From assembly GCA_025786725.1 (NCBI GenBank), contig JAHLTZ010000014.1, forward strand, positions 1 to 64,000: 64,000 nt of DNA, written 5' to 3'. The translations under genes and the position numbers were made by a program. The DNA is from Syncephalis fuscata S228. Its lineage: Eukaryota > Fungi > Zoopagomycota. Of this stretch, positions 24,824-38,934 are shown piece after piece (positions within the stretch are counted from its first letter, which is position 1; each line of letters begins with the position of its first letter). A model generated the notes under the pieces. It was not told the DNA's origin, did no database searches, and saw only the letters and a program-made list of their open reading frames with translations.

Positions 24824-26504
24824 ATGTCTATTTATCTTCTGGATTATGGCGCAGGGAATGTGCGCAGTCTGGTCAATGCGGTAAAGCACCTTGGCTACGA
24901 CATGCAAATGATTGAGACAGCGGCCGACTTTGACAAAGCCGAGGTATTTCACAGTGTATTGCATTAACCTGTTACTTAATCACCGCAGAAAATTATATTT
25001 CCAGGTGTTGGTGCCTTTGGGCCCGCTATGATAGCACTGGAAAAGAAGGGATTTATTGAGCCGTTACGACGCTACTTGGCCGCCGACCGTCCTTTCCTTG
25101 GTATCTGCGTGGGTATGCAGTGTCTGTTTGAAGGTAGCGATGAGTCGCCTGAAGTGGCCGGTCTGGGTATTTTAAGTGGTCGGGTTCGCCGCTTTGTCAA
25201 CACGAATAAAGCCGTACCTCAAATAGGCTGGAATGGCGTGCGGTCCTTTAAAGGCCACTACGTTGGACGGGCATTAACGAGGAGCATGCCTATACTTTGT
25301 CCATTCTTTTGCCGTGCCATCTAGTGAAGCATCCGCCGATACTATTCTTACGGTGACGGACTATGAAGACGAGACCTTTGTTAGTTCGGTGCAACGTGGT
25401 CAACTAGTAGCAACACAATTTCATCCAGAAAAGAGCGGCTATGCTGGTCTACGTTTAGTGCAAGCATTTCTTACTGGTCAAGTGGCTGCGCCTGAAACTA
25501 TTCGTAAAGATAGAGCACCACGTACTCAACTTACTCGCCGTATTGTTGCTTGTTTGGATGTTCGTACAAACGATGCAGGTGATTTGGTCGTCACTAAAGG
25601 TGATCAGTATGATGTACGTGAAAAGGCCGAACAGGGCGGCAATGTACGTAATCTAGGCAAGCCGGTAGATTTAACTCATCGTTATTTCTCTGAGGGCGCC
25701 GATGAAATTTGTCTGCTTAATATTACCAGCTTTCGTAACTCGCCATTAAGTGATCAGCCTATGTTACAAGTATTACGTGAAGCATCACAACGTGTATTTG
25801 TACCTTTAACCATTGGTGGTGGTATTCGTGATCTAGTTGAACCAGATGGTACTACTCGGTCAGCACTCGAGGTAGCTGGTGCTTATTTCCGTTCAGGTGC
25901 TGATAAAGTATCTATTGGCGGTGATGCTGTATACGCAGCTGAAGCTTATTGGGCCAATGGTCGTCAATGTACCGGTACATCCTGTATTGAGCAAATTGCC
26001 CGACCATATGGAGCTCAAGCTGTTGTTGTGTCGATTGATCCACGTCGTGTCTATGTTGAATCGCCGGAAGCAGTCGATGAAATGCATCGCGCAAATGTTG
26101 TACGCGCTCTTTCACCTGGTCCGAATGACGAAGCATGGTGCTGGTATCAATGTACAGTACAAGGTGGCCGTGAATCGCGCGACATTGATGCACGCCAACT
26201 AGCCATTGCTTCAGAAGCACTCGGTGCCGGTGAATTACTTATTAATTGTGTTGATCAAGATGGCACAGGACTTGGATTTGACCATGCTCTTTTAACAAAT
26301 ATACGTGAAGCCGTCAATATTCCTATAGTTGCATCAAGCGGTGCAGGCTGTGCTGCTCATTTCACTAACGTATTTAAGGAGTGTCGCGTTGAAGCAGCAC
26401 TAGCTGCTGGTATTTTCCATCGACGAGAAGTGGCCATTGAAGAAGTAAAGATACAGCTAAGAAAAGATGGTATTGCTGTACGTCAAGAAGAATTGCCACT
26501 TTAA
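24824..26504 (+). CDS. HIS7: Imidazole glycerol phosphate synthase HisH-HisF fusion
   Basis: MSIYLLDYGAGNVRS, FPGVGAFG, FLGICVGMQ, QFHPEKSG, RRIVACLDVR...VTKGDQYDV, PLTIGGGI; intron 24944-24988; apparent indels ~25250-25295. Confidence 0.95.
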
Positions 26505-26558
26505 TAAATGATAGATAGTGCTATTGATGCAAATATAAATGACATTTGTGATTAATAG

Positions 26559-26562
<4 letters not shown>

Positions 26563-26626
<64 letters not shown>
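26563..26626. repeat. (AAT)n microsatellite
   Basis: About 20 AAT units with one interruption, between convergent gene ends. Confidence 0.95.
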
Positions 26627-26744
26627 TGTTAATTAACATAATAGTCTAATGCACCTTATTATAATTTGAATAGTAAACAAATCATCACATTGTTTATTGT
26701 GTGTATTTATTATTTCCATCAAAAAGGATGGTAGCTATTTGTAT

Positions 26745-27534
26745 TTACAAAACACGGCCAGGAGGACGGTTTTTAATTTCATCTCGTTCGGCTTTAATCT
26801 ACGTTGGTAATTTAAAAAATGTGTTTTTTTTTGTTAGCTATCCTGGTCTGTGTCTGTCTGCGTGTGTGTGTTGTCCACCCTCGTCACTGCATTATTGAAC
26901 TATTTGTGCAGCTTTTTCTCAGAATTTAGTTCTCTTACATTGGCCTCGGCCTCAGTAGCCATTGATTCACTCCAATGACCAGTTGATTTCTCCAAAACAG
27001 CTGGACCTTCATCCATTATTTCATCCATAAATAGCTTATCGATGGATTCAACTTGCATAGTCGAAAATGATTTTGATGGTGCTTGATCAGCCTTGATCTA
27101 ATAAATAATAGCCGTCGCTTATTAGCTACAATGTAAGCGATAATATCACCATAATGGCTTACCTCAGCCTCTGACTCTGAGGCCAATGTCTCGCTCCAAC
27201 CAGGTGCCATATGGTGATAAGTATCAACTTTTTTTTCTAATTAAGTGACCGTTGATTATTGCTATTAGTTGTAGTTAAGTAGTTATAGTACTAATGGTCG
27301 GCTTACCGTTTTGTTGAAGCTTTAATTCGCGCTCAATAATTTCAGGATCGTTATCGCTCATATGACTAAATGTCGTTGTTGGTTGTTGGTTGGCTCTTGT
27401 TGATAGTTAACAGTGTTATGTAGTACTTGCCTGCCAAGAGGACCATACCGTATGGTTGAAGGTAGTATCAATGTACGCCGTTGCACCATTCTTAACGCGG
27501 TGCGCATACCAGAAGCACGTAGTAGAGAAGTCAT
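26745..27534 (-). CDS. Small, probably mitochondrial, conserved fungal protein with two WSExxASESEAxIKA(D/E)-type motifs
   Basis: Arg-rich presequence MTSLLRASGMRTALRMVQRR; SDNDPEIIERE; APGWSETLASESEAE|IKADQ and GHWSESMATEAEAN|IKAERDE; GT-AG introns. Confidence 0.7.
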
Positions 27535-27779
27535 TGCTGATTATGAATATTGACAAAAGAATGATGATTAATCTACGGTTTTCTATGTATCTCAATATTT
27601 ATTAAAATTGAGAATTTATATGAAACATGTTTTTACTAATTGATTTACTGATATCGTATGAAACCGACTGTTTTAGTTGTGACATCATTGTTTTAGCGCT
27701 CATAATATGGCGAATAAGATCTAGAGATGATTTCATATATACTCAATTACTCAAATTGTATGAATTATTACGTAAATAT

Positions 27780-28500
27780 TGATTAAATAAAACTACATCT
27801 TTCTATCGCAACTATCAAAATGTACAATTAACACATTTAACATAAATACAGCCATACTATCTACTTTAGCAATAATATTAATGATTCAGTTATGCTATTA
27901 TTATTTCACAATATTAAACAGTCTATTATCATTTATTATTTGTTTAGTGGTTAAATGACTATATTTAATAACATTCAATCTATTAAACATGATGTTGGAT
28001 GATGAATGACATCAATCATCAAATACCCATCATCATAGATCCATTATTCAGTATGCATATACTTAGTAAGCATATATACTCTATTCACCTATATCATTTC
28101 TATTTCACTCCACACTACTATATACCGTTATATAATATACTAGACACATTCTAATTATTATATGCAGCAATAAACTTTACTCTCTCTGCTCATCACACTA
28201 TATGCACTGTAACTTTAACACCACTTTTATGATTTCTTACGTATATTTATTACTTCATATGTCATTCTATACTCGCCTATCCTTCCTTTATCCAATGCTA
28301 CTTTTATTTTTGTTCTAGCTTTATTATTTATAAAGTTCGACTAATGTCGGCCATTGATCATGCATATATGCTTAGTAACTATACCACTGCTGTCCATACT
28401 TTTTAATTTGTATATTATTTTATTATCCAGTAAATACGCGCTAGCTATTACCGTTGTGTGTTTGGTTCTAGCACCATTATTATAAAAGTTTACGCAAGTT
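27780..28500 (+). repeat. Dispersed AT-rich repeat family copy
   Basis: 27935-28480 is nearly identical to 41765-42310; 27780-28060 matches 42490-42770 in reverse complement. Confidence 0.85.
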
Positions 28501-31500
28501 GCTCATCTGCTCATGCATATATGCTCGATAGCTTTAACAAAGCTAGTTGCCTTTTTAATTAGCATAACTGATAGCTGTTATGCTATTTTACCGTACAGTT
28601 ACTATGCGCCATCAATAACTACTGTCAGCTTGACGCCAGCTTTAATATTGACAAGTTTGACTTGTTTCGCTTAGTCATTCCTTCCCAAGGCGCACTATAG
28701 CTTTAATGCTGCTATTCATACAATTACTTTTGATATTTATTTGCTCTATATTATTTTATGCTTAATGGCTATGCTTTATTTGCAGAAGCTATACGTTTCT
28801 TGTTAGCTGTTTGTTGCAAAGTTTAGCTCTGAGCACTTCTTTTACTTATTCCACACAAACGCGCAAGTATAATAACCTTCTTACACCGCTAATGCTCTTT
28901 TTACTGTTTTCCAGCACCGATATGTTGCAATGGTATGAGACGAGCCAGTGATGAACTGGTATAAGCTATTACACCAGATAAAGCTTGTTATTGCAAAATA
29001 GATATTCGCTATGGGTGTTGTGTATACGTGGTTTAAAAGTGTCGTATAGCTTATTGCAGAGTAATCATGTATTGTGCTATAGCTACTTGAGCATAAGGAC
29101 AAAGTGTACGTATATTTACGATGTGGCCGTAGACAGTGCTGGTTACTCTATTCGACGCAATTAAAAGCAATAATAAACTTGGCCAAAAATAATTTGCCCT
29201 AAGATCTTATTAGATGGATTGCATTAGTATTCAACATATAAGCCATTGGTATTTACTGTAACTACAAGCTTGAAGCTGATCTCATTTAGCTGCTTTGAAT
29301 GCTGCCTAGATGATCAGCATTGTTTAAAATAAAGCCATACTTGATATTGCCAAATAAACGGACTTACTATGTTATTTGTAAAGTTTAGCATATATAATTT
29401 ATACGCTTAATCGGTTAAGCCGTGTAATCTAGATTTAATCCATCAGTTTATTGCGTTGTAAAAAGCTTACCAATATTAATGTTCAGACAATGTAATGATA
29501 GCAATAAAGACTTTTACAATAGGTGTACAAGAAAACACATGGTTTACTACATATTACACTAATAGTTACATGCACTGAAGATCCTATTGAAATAGCTGTA
29601 TTTGCTTATACTGAAGACTAAAAGCAATTATGTAGTACATTGGTCATAGACGGTTTTAGATGACTCATGTTTTATTGCGACATTTTCCACAACTATCACA
29701 GTATATAAGCTGGCTTTACCGCTCCTCCAAACCAACATTGCACCTTTATCTTCTCTTTCTACTCTTTACCACTCGATATACGCTACACTCATTCGCTCTT
29801 ACTGCCATTTGTTGTCCAATATGCTTTGCACTCGCCAGACGTCTAATGATTACAAGATCACTGCTGGTTGCTGCTATATGTACTAAGGTCGGTAAACGGG
29901 CGTGGGTGGTGCGATGCAGTTGTGCCTTTTGGCTATGGAGCGCTGGATATGTAGTGTTCTAGAAGCTATATATCACGCAGTGTGTACTCCAGCATGCTGT
30001 AGAAGGCGCTTGTCTGCACATAGTTGATTGGTCTTTTGTATAGTAACATTGGTACGCTTACCATGTGTTTGTTTGCGAGGTTACCTTGCGGAGTATCTGG
30101 CTGTTGAGGCGACATAAGGTTTGCGCTTGAAGATATCTGATATCTGATGGTGCAGAGCAAATGTTGTTTGGACAACCACTACTTATTGCAGTGTAGTCAA
30201 GCAGCAAACATCATTGGCACATATGGCTCATCTCGTTTACTGACCCTCTTCAATAGATATAGATTTAAGAGATATTTAGATTTGGCAAGAACAGGGCCAC
30301 AATATGCTATACAGTCTTCCGGTTTGTATTAGTATATCATTATTTATGTATTTCTTTGTTTGTTAATAAATAAGAAATGCTACATTTATTTATTTATTTA
30401 TACTACTATTAGTTGCGTTCATATAAATACAGACATCTTCCCATTTAATAATAGTACTAGTTGTTTCTGCTATTGTTATTACACTGATAATAAACAATTT
30501 ATTAAGCCATTGAATGTGCTTTTAAGGCAAATGATTAAATTTGATGCATTTATGCGGTTGAACTAAACAATTGCTCTGTTGAATATAATAACGAGTGGTG
30601 CGTGAATCAAAGTTTAAAATGTTTATTATCATAGATTTATTATCCAGTACGCTTATATCCACCATTTACTTGTATCATTCGTCTATTATCGCATACTACT
30701 ATATATTATTCTATATTATAGTAATTACGATTTATTTGCAACTGTTTTGCCGTCTGATGTTAGTTCTGCTCGTTATTATTTTTGTTTATCTCGCTCATTT
30801 GTTCATGCATATATACACGCTATAATGTTAATACTACTATTTACACACATTTGTTTTGTTTTGTTCTTGTCTTATATCGCTGCATAGTCTAATGGCTAGC
30901 ATTATTGGTAAAAGTTGCTTGCTTGTCGCTAGCTGTATTTGTTAAAAATTCAACTCATACTGCTTCTATTGCTTATTGAGTGTATGCATAGTAACTTTAT
31001 CAAGATCATGTATTATTTAAAGTAAATCTAGCTATTGCAGGATGAGTGTTGGCCAAGGATGTAGCATATATATAAGTATTATAATTAGCCTATATTGTTT
31101 ATTGAAAGTAATCACAAGTGTTTTATAGCTATTCAAGCATAATAATAAAGCACAGACACAGTAGCAATAGAATCGGTGATAATAATAGTTATGACGCACG
31201 TTGATTATTGATTCTACTACATTACAGCGACAGTTAAGCGCAATTTGCATACTACTACAGTATACATAGCGTAACAAGCATATGTTGTTTAGAATACAAT
31301 GTCAGTAAATTATAGATATGCTTGGGCATTTGAGATTAGTAAGCAAGCTGAATGTTTTGGCATAGTATCAACCGATACGGATGGCAACGCGTTCAAAAGC
31401 TGAGTCCTTAGTGCACAATAGATTACTGATCGCCAGACAACTTGTGATTTATGCTGCAGCACTTGAAGCGGTTGCAACTTTTACTTATAATGTTGCCGAG

Positions 31501-32466
31501 TATAGCTACGTGTACAATTAGATATATATATATACATTACTATTTGTCGTATTCTGCCAAGTACTTGTGCAATACTGTGTCTGTATGTCTAGTAAACTAC
31601 AACCATACCTACCGAGTACACTGATATACACATTCATGCATGTATTTTACATATAGCAGAAACCATCAGCTATTGATAATGTAAAACAGCAAGCTATTAC
31701 AAACTGTTGTAGTAGTGAACTGGCTACAATAAGCTAAATGATATGTATCTGCATCAGTAACAAAACTACGGTAATTACAAATCACTTACCAACAAACCAC
31801 CTTTAAACCAAGTTTTAATATAAAGTGCTGTATAAAGCATTGGCATTGTTTATGGTTGTTAAAAGTATACAGATATACTGGAATATAAATCAATCAAATA
31901 AGTAACAAGCAATTGTATAAATAAAAATGCACTGCATATTATGAATATTAGAATATATACAAGTGACTTGAATAAACACCATTATATGTTATTACAGCTA
32001 CATGTATTGTATAAATGATTTGCTATTGTTTCAGCCTGTACACGCGTTATTAATAGGCGCTATTAATACGCGATAGGCATGGTGGTGGCGTATTTATGAA
32101 AAGTAAACACAAGACCATGTGCTTTGTCCATTTGTTGTTGTGATCACGCCATCCAGTTTATCGGACTATTTACCGGTTTAGCAAGGTGTACACGGACCAT
32201 TTGATATTCATGTCCAATGCAGGCTGTTTTGGCTAGTGAGATTGCATTGAGCTGCATGAGTACAGGAAGATGCTACAAGTTGTGTATACAACTACTCAAT
32301 ACAATAAACGATAATACAAAGTATTGGATGTGAGTGTAAGATCATCCATTCACTTGAACTAAACAGTTTGGTTGGTTATGCTACTTTATTGCTCGCGTTT
32401 CATATACTGTTTACATGATGTTAATTATCCGTTATGTGCGTTTTGCTATAGTTATACTTGATTATT

Positions 32467-33015
32467 ATGGCTACACCCTGCCATACGTGTGGTAGTATAA
32501 ACGCTACCAAACAAACCCTGCACGTTCAAAAACGCACGTTCTCTGAAACTTATATCCCGCAAGGCAATGCAAAGACCTTGAAAAAGATCCGTGCAACAAA
32601 GTCCGTATCACGACCGATACGCGACTTGCGTGCGCCATTCTTTGTCGCATTTACATTTAGTTTTGCGTTCAATTATTAATTGTCAAGCCAGACTGTCTGC
32701 AAGGCAGTTCCAATGGAAGGTGTCGAGGCAACCGATACCTTCACCTTTCATTCCTACTACTATACACCCACTGGCGCCGCATGCGAGGCGGTGCCAATGG
32801 AGGGTGTTGAATACACTGGGCCGTGCAAAATTGCGCCAGCACATACAAGCGGAAGTGAGACGGTTCACAAAATAGTCGTCCCAAAGTTGCGACTCAATAA
32901 TGTTGCACACAACATCTGCGCGGTGCCACCTGCAAGTACGAACGATGACAAGGTGGAACAAAAACTAGCGGTTCCAAAGCCGCGATCTCGCACTATCGTA
33001 AGCCAAAACCAGTAA
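32467..33015 (+). pseudogene. Unidentified ORF interrupted by an in-frame TAA, with internal repeat C(K/E)AVPMEGVE
   Basis: ORFs 32458-32679 and 32680-33015 share one frame; GC-richer than the flanks. Confidence 0.35.
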
Positions 33016-35434
33016 ATGTGTGCAAAAAGAAGCCGATCCAAGAGAAGCTGACCGCAGAAGTGGTCGCTTCAGAATACCAAGTTGATAGCTTGGAGTTTGA
33101 CGAAGAAGAATTTGACAAGTATTACAATAAATACTTTGACAAGGAATATTACAATTATTTTTAAACAAGGCAAGTAAATGTATAAATCAAATGAGCAATC
33201 CTAATATTAATTTAGCTATTTTTATCACGGGCGGGACCAGCAGATAAGCAACGCTGTACACCGGGCTTTGTCGCTCCAATACGGAGCTTGACAAGGACTG
33301 GGAACGGCAGTTGCTTATTTTTTGTAATGGGCTAGCCCACAGTTTTTTCATTTCAAGTTGTTTTATTTTGTTCTCTGTATTTTGTACCAATAAATCAGTT
33401 TATAATCACTAACGATTGCAGCAATCCAATACAAATACCAATCGTTAGATAGTCATTATTAGACAACAAAACACAGCAGTGCTATTTCTGGACTATTAAG
33501 CAATCCAAGTCAATAAGTCGTTTATTGTAAGTAATGTACATATGAATATTAAATATCTACATACATCTAACTAATATCGTTTATTACATTTGCAACAACT
33601 AGAAATTGACGAATTAACTTGCGTATATATACATATAGTTAATTGACTATACAAATGGTTGCCAGCTATGATTATAATGTGTCTATCTACACAACTGCAC
33701 GATATTCTATATGAAAATCGCAAGCTTATAACACCTTCTGCTGACCAATTAAGCCTATTGTTATACAATGGATTTATCGGGTATATCAGCTGCATTAACG
33801 CTTAGTTTCGAGTATAGTGTATGCTTTGTATTAGTGGTGTGCATGCAACTAATGCTACGAATAATGCGCGAAACACACATTGTTTGGTTAAAGTACAGTT
33901 AAACAATATAGGGCAGTGATATAGATTAGCGCAAGTATTAGCTGGTGCTATTTATTATATAATACAAGTATATTTAGTACGGGATAAATATTAGCGAGTT
34001 TTAATGAATATGAATGTAGAGAGCTCATAGATTGCTTGTTTTATACTAATCATATAGTATGTATGGCTATTTAAACTTAAAAACAAGTGCAGATATGCTA
34101 GCAATAAAACACTAATTGTATTGACAATAGTGTGGTGTAAATAGCAATATTTTATAAAACAATGGTGTTTAACTAATGACAATGTCTAGATTTTGAAATA
34201 GTGGCAATATATCCGGTCTATTGTTGGTTATTTAACACTGTTAATAAATTTATAGTTTATAGGCACTTCATTAAAATAAGTATCAATCAACATAAGATCA
34301 ATACACTTGATACCACTCGTTCAATTGAGCAGTCTATTTGTTTTATTGAACATGGAACTAAGTGGTGAATGACGTTAGGAAGTAGATTTATTAGTATTCT
34401 GTACTCATACATTCTTTCATCAAATACAATAACATTCGTTTTGCATATTATATTTTAAATATCCATTTATTAGCAAAAAAAGTCTATATTATCGACGGCA
34501 GTTGTACTGATTTAAAATGGACCGGCAAACCTAGCCATTCTATCTTTCCACTTGAATAGATTCAACAGTAGCAGAAATACTACTGATTGTCGTATCATCG
34601 AAATCCATACTATTTAACTGTATTTGCAAATGGCAATATGTATCGAGTGGTACAATTCAAAACAACTTTATTAAAGAGACAGTGACAAGTATAGCAAATC
34701 TATGAAATAGCTACTTAAACTAAAAAAATGCTATGAACCATTATATATGAAATTAAGCTAGTTATACATTTAATATCAGTAACCTATCTATTATGAAAAT
34801 GCCATTCTAACAAATACTAGCTATAACTGCTATGCAATAAACATATGCTAACATTGCAGCTTGCATTGTTCTATTGCTTACAATCTACACACTATTTCGA
34901 ATACACCTAGCCACAGAAATGTTTTAAAGCATAAAATAACGCCATCACCATATTTAGCAATTATAACCTTTATGATTTTCTCATGCTAAATAATTGCAAC
35001 TACACACTCCGTATGATATTCTATGCGCTATTATTTAGTTACGCAAAACCAGCTATGTAGCCTATTAGGTTCTATCAACAACAGCAGCAATAAAACCATT
35101 TAACTCGTATTTTACGCTTATTTATATGCTTATAATTGTTGCTTTATTTCATTGTAGCATTATAATCCGGTGACTATTAGCCATTTATTGCCATATTAAA
35201 GCCTTGTTTAGTATTTATTGGTAATTCATTGTGCTAGTATGTAATTTTTGAATTACTCTTATAAATAAAACAAAAGTAGATCAAACACGTTTAGTAAATA
35301 CATGCAATCGTGTAACCATTGTAGATAGACTAATCCAAACAGCATTCTTACAAGGCCTTTTCTTTCTACTTGCATCCAACACTGTTTTTCCTATCTACTA
35401 CGTAGTACTTTTTAGCAACTATTGCTGTTCAACT

Positions 35435-37504
35435 ATGTCTTTGGGTACACATAGTGAACACTTTTGGCAAAACCATGATACCTTGCTGTATTTGTGTCGT
35501 TTTATGGAAGGGAAAGAACTGGTGCTTTTTGCCACCTGCTGTCGACATATTTATAAAATAATAGTTGACCAACCCGATTATTGGGAGCGACAATATAGAC
35601 GAAAGTTTTGTCTAGGTGATCGACGCGAACAAGACTAGCTTACATGGTATAATCTGGATATCAATCCTACATCAGAATTGGAAAAATCTGCACTCAGTGT
35701 AAATCAAGCAGGCCGGGTACATTTATTATTGTCTGCTGTTGCAACTGTTGATAATGCCGATAATGAATATACATCAGCTAATAGTCATTTGCCGTTAGCA
35801 CCTAATTTTAAAACCACCAAATGGTTTTATGCTTATCAAAGACGTCGACAGACTAATTGCAACTTTATGATGGGCCAATTCAAAAAACGGACGTTTCAGT
35901 TGCCGACTAGTGAGCACGCTCAAGCGGCGCTGAGAAGCGTCAATCCTTGGTATGCACTAAGGGGAAATAGAGATGCACCAGAATTGTGGTTAATTTGGCA
36001 TAATATATTTAATAAGAAAAATGGACACAACAAAGAAGAACTGACCTGAAAAAACTGACTATGCCTTCAGCACCATTGTTATTTTGTAAAAAGCTTTATT
36101 TAGTATTTTTTATGGAACACGTCGATTTGTTGTGGGTAATGTTTTTATATATACATATAGTGATGTCAAGTTAATAGATATTGGCGAACCAGTAAGTAAG
36201 TAATGATTATCAATGCTAATGATTATATTAGCCATATATTAACATCAACAATAGCAAATGTAGCTGAAATGGAGGCACAGTACATTAAAGAGAATAAATC
36301 TAAAGCTTCTAATGCTTTAGACGAGCATTCTACGGGTTCATCGGCCACTACACCTTCAACTAAACGAGAGTTTAAAAAACGACGGGCTCTTTTAGTGTGG
36401 CCTGTTGCTGGCAATTCACCACCTAATATCATTTATCTTAACTCCAAAATTAGGGATAGAAAAAGAATAGATATACTTAATTTGTCTACTTCTTATCATG
36501 ATTGGGTACTTTTAAACACTAGCTATAGGAAAAATTCATATTACAAATATTATTTATTTGATTTAGACGGAAACCAGTGGATAGAAGGTCCAGAATATGA
36601 TAATTGTCTCTCGCCAGCCTGTATTCAGTTTGCTTCTTACAGTCAATGTCAATTTATTATATGGACAATGATATCCAACTCTAAAAAGTCTACTACTGAT
36701 TCTACGACCACCGATACTCCAAATCTACACGCTGTTGACAATGGCAATCAAGCAACACGCATCCAATGGGAAGTATTTGATGCGCAAAAGGGTCAATCTC
36801 AATGTCAAAAAATACTATCTGATCAAATCACCATTCCATATTGTCCGGACGGCGTAATTGAAGCTTTAACTTATACAGAGAAGATGTGTTTAATCATTAT
36901 ATTTGACAAAGAAAATCATTTAAAACGTTTTGTAGGTGGTAAATTCAGTGCCACATTGTCACTATTTGTGTTAGGAAAGTTTTCACTGAATGCTTCAGCA
37001 CAATCAATATTTGATGCCAGAGATTACGGTCGAGTATTGCCAATTGATAGTGCTGACCAAGGACGTATACTGTGGAGCAGGCTTATAAATGGCGATCGTA
37101 TTACAAACTTATACAGTGAAAAGCTGATCGTTGTCCGGAATGAAGAAATATTTGATGTTTTGAATGCTCACGACGGAAGTCTACTGCGTTCAATTGCTTG
37201 TCCATATTACTCAACACTTACTCCCTTTCTTGGATTATTATGTGGATTGTCTGATTCAGCACGCAGAAAAAACTGGTTTATTGATATGCGCACTGGCCGT
37301 ATATACGACCCTCCAACACGCCTTATTAGCAGACAAACTGAAGACGTCAAAAAATATAAGCCACTAAGACTCAGTGATACAGCACATTTATTACTATCAA
37401 ATGAAGGTAGTGTTTGGAAAGCATCTGAATATACAGTATCAAATGTTGCTATTGGTAGAGTTGATGAAAATGATAGGCGTGTATACAAAGCTTACATGTT
37501 CTAA
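35435..37504 (+). pseudogene. F-box-like family gene, copy 3 (disrupted in exon 1)
   Basis: TGG>TAG 35636-35638, TGG>TGA 36047-36049, 1-nt deletion ~36090; intron 36196-36254; exon 2 fully open. Confidence 0.75.
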
Positions 37505-38934
37505 ATAATAATTTTTATGTTACATTTATTAAATATTCAGATTAAATAGTCCATTTCAACTAAAATTAAAAAATGGTATGAAATGAGCAATATGTTTGTT
37601 GGGTAATAAAATAATGTTGACAATTTTATTAAAATATTACTTATTTAATGTATAGCTGTTAATGGTAAAGATTAAATGCCTTTCTTATATTTGGCTCTTA
37701 CCAGTTTATATGATTAATCGTATGTGCTTACTACCTAGCAATTACTAGTATTTCTTGTACTAATTATTTGTGGATGATAATTAATGTTAATATAAAATAT
37801 ACCTGATAGTAATAGTAATACTATATTTATGATAAAGTACCCATATAAGTAAACCGTCATTTAGTCTCATGTAATAGTTGAATGGCGCACTTTACAGTAG
37901 TTTATGTAGTAAAGAAAAGGGCCACATGATATAATTACGTAAATATCGTAGTTGCAACTACAACTTTATAGATTTTGTTCAATGTACAAACATAAAACTT
38001 TTTCTAAATAAACATATAGCAATTATAAAAATATATTAAATTATAAAATGATATTTAAAGCATAATGTAATCAATAGCTTCATATTTAATGTTTAATCAA
38101 ATCAAAAATCAACAAAGTTGGCAATTATCATAGAGAGAATGAATGCTAGAAGCAGGAAAAAATATAGTTTATTGAGTGTTGCGTGTTATTACATGCAGTA
38201 AACAATAGTATAATTGTAGTAAGGATTGTTGGCCACGAATATCAGCTTGAGTCATGAAAATGAAACCAGTTTCAGTTATGCGAATTAGTCATTATACCAA
38301 TGCCGCACTTTTCATGCAGCTACAATAACCTCATAGGATTTAATATTATTTACAACAGCGATTAACTAGTAATTCACGACAATAGATTATTTAAAAAGAC
38401 TGTTAATCTTTGTTAATAATCCACTAAATTTATGTAATTTGAATTTATATATTATTTAACCAACTTGCAAACACAGAACTGTTCAATTTATTTATGGGAT
38501 TATATAACAACTAATTACTCAGCTTACAGTATGGTTTCTGATTCAATTTGTAATGGTGGACATCATTTATCAAATTTGGCTTATTGGCTTATTTTTCTGA
38601 ATCGTTTGTTTTGAAACAAACTGCGACCTTCTGCAGAACAATATCTATTGGATGGTTTTTAGCGTCTTTCAAAGCCAATGACTGAATGTCATCGTCATTG
38701 TAAAGGCCACAGTTTATTGACAATATTTTTTTACGTCTGAGACTCGATGATACGGATATAAATAGAATATTATAACATTCATAGAATAACAATTGAAACA
38801 TGCAGATATGCAGCTATCACACCATAAATATAATAAATTAGTCCACAATTGTGCAAGCTCCTTTTATCCTCCTACCTATCTGCTTGTTATCTTTAAATTT
38901 TATAGCAATTTAACACAATCACTTTTGAGCAACA

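Noticed and set aside
25250-25314. Frameshift in HIS7 as programmed frameshifting or pseudogenisation
   Set aside because: Otherwise intact housekeeping gene. Similar single-base indels occur in both ABC genes and F-box copy 4, which is most consistent with long-read consensus errors.
28860-31700. Short ORFs in the 29-32 kb block
   Set aside because: No recognisable motifs and many stops. They may be decayed genes but I cannot support a call.
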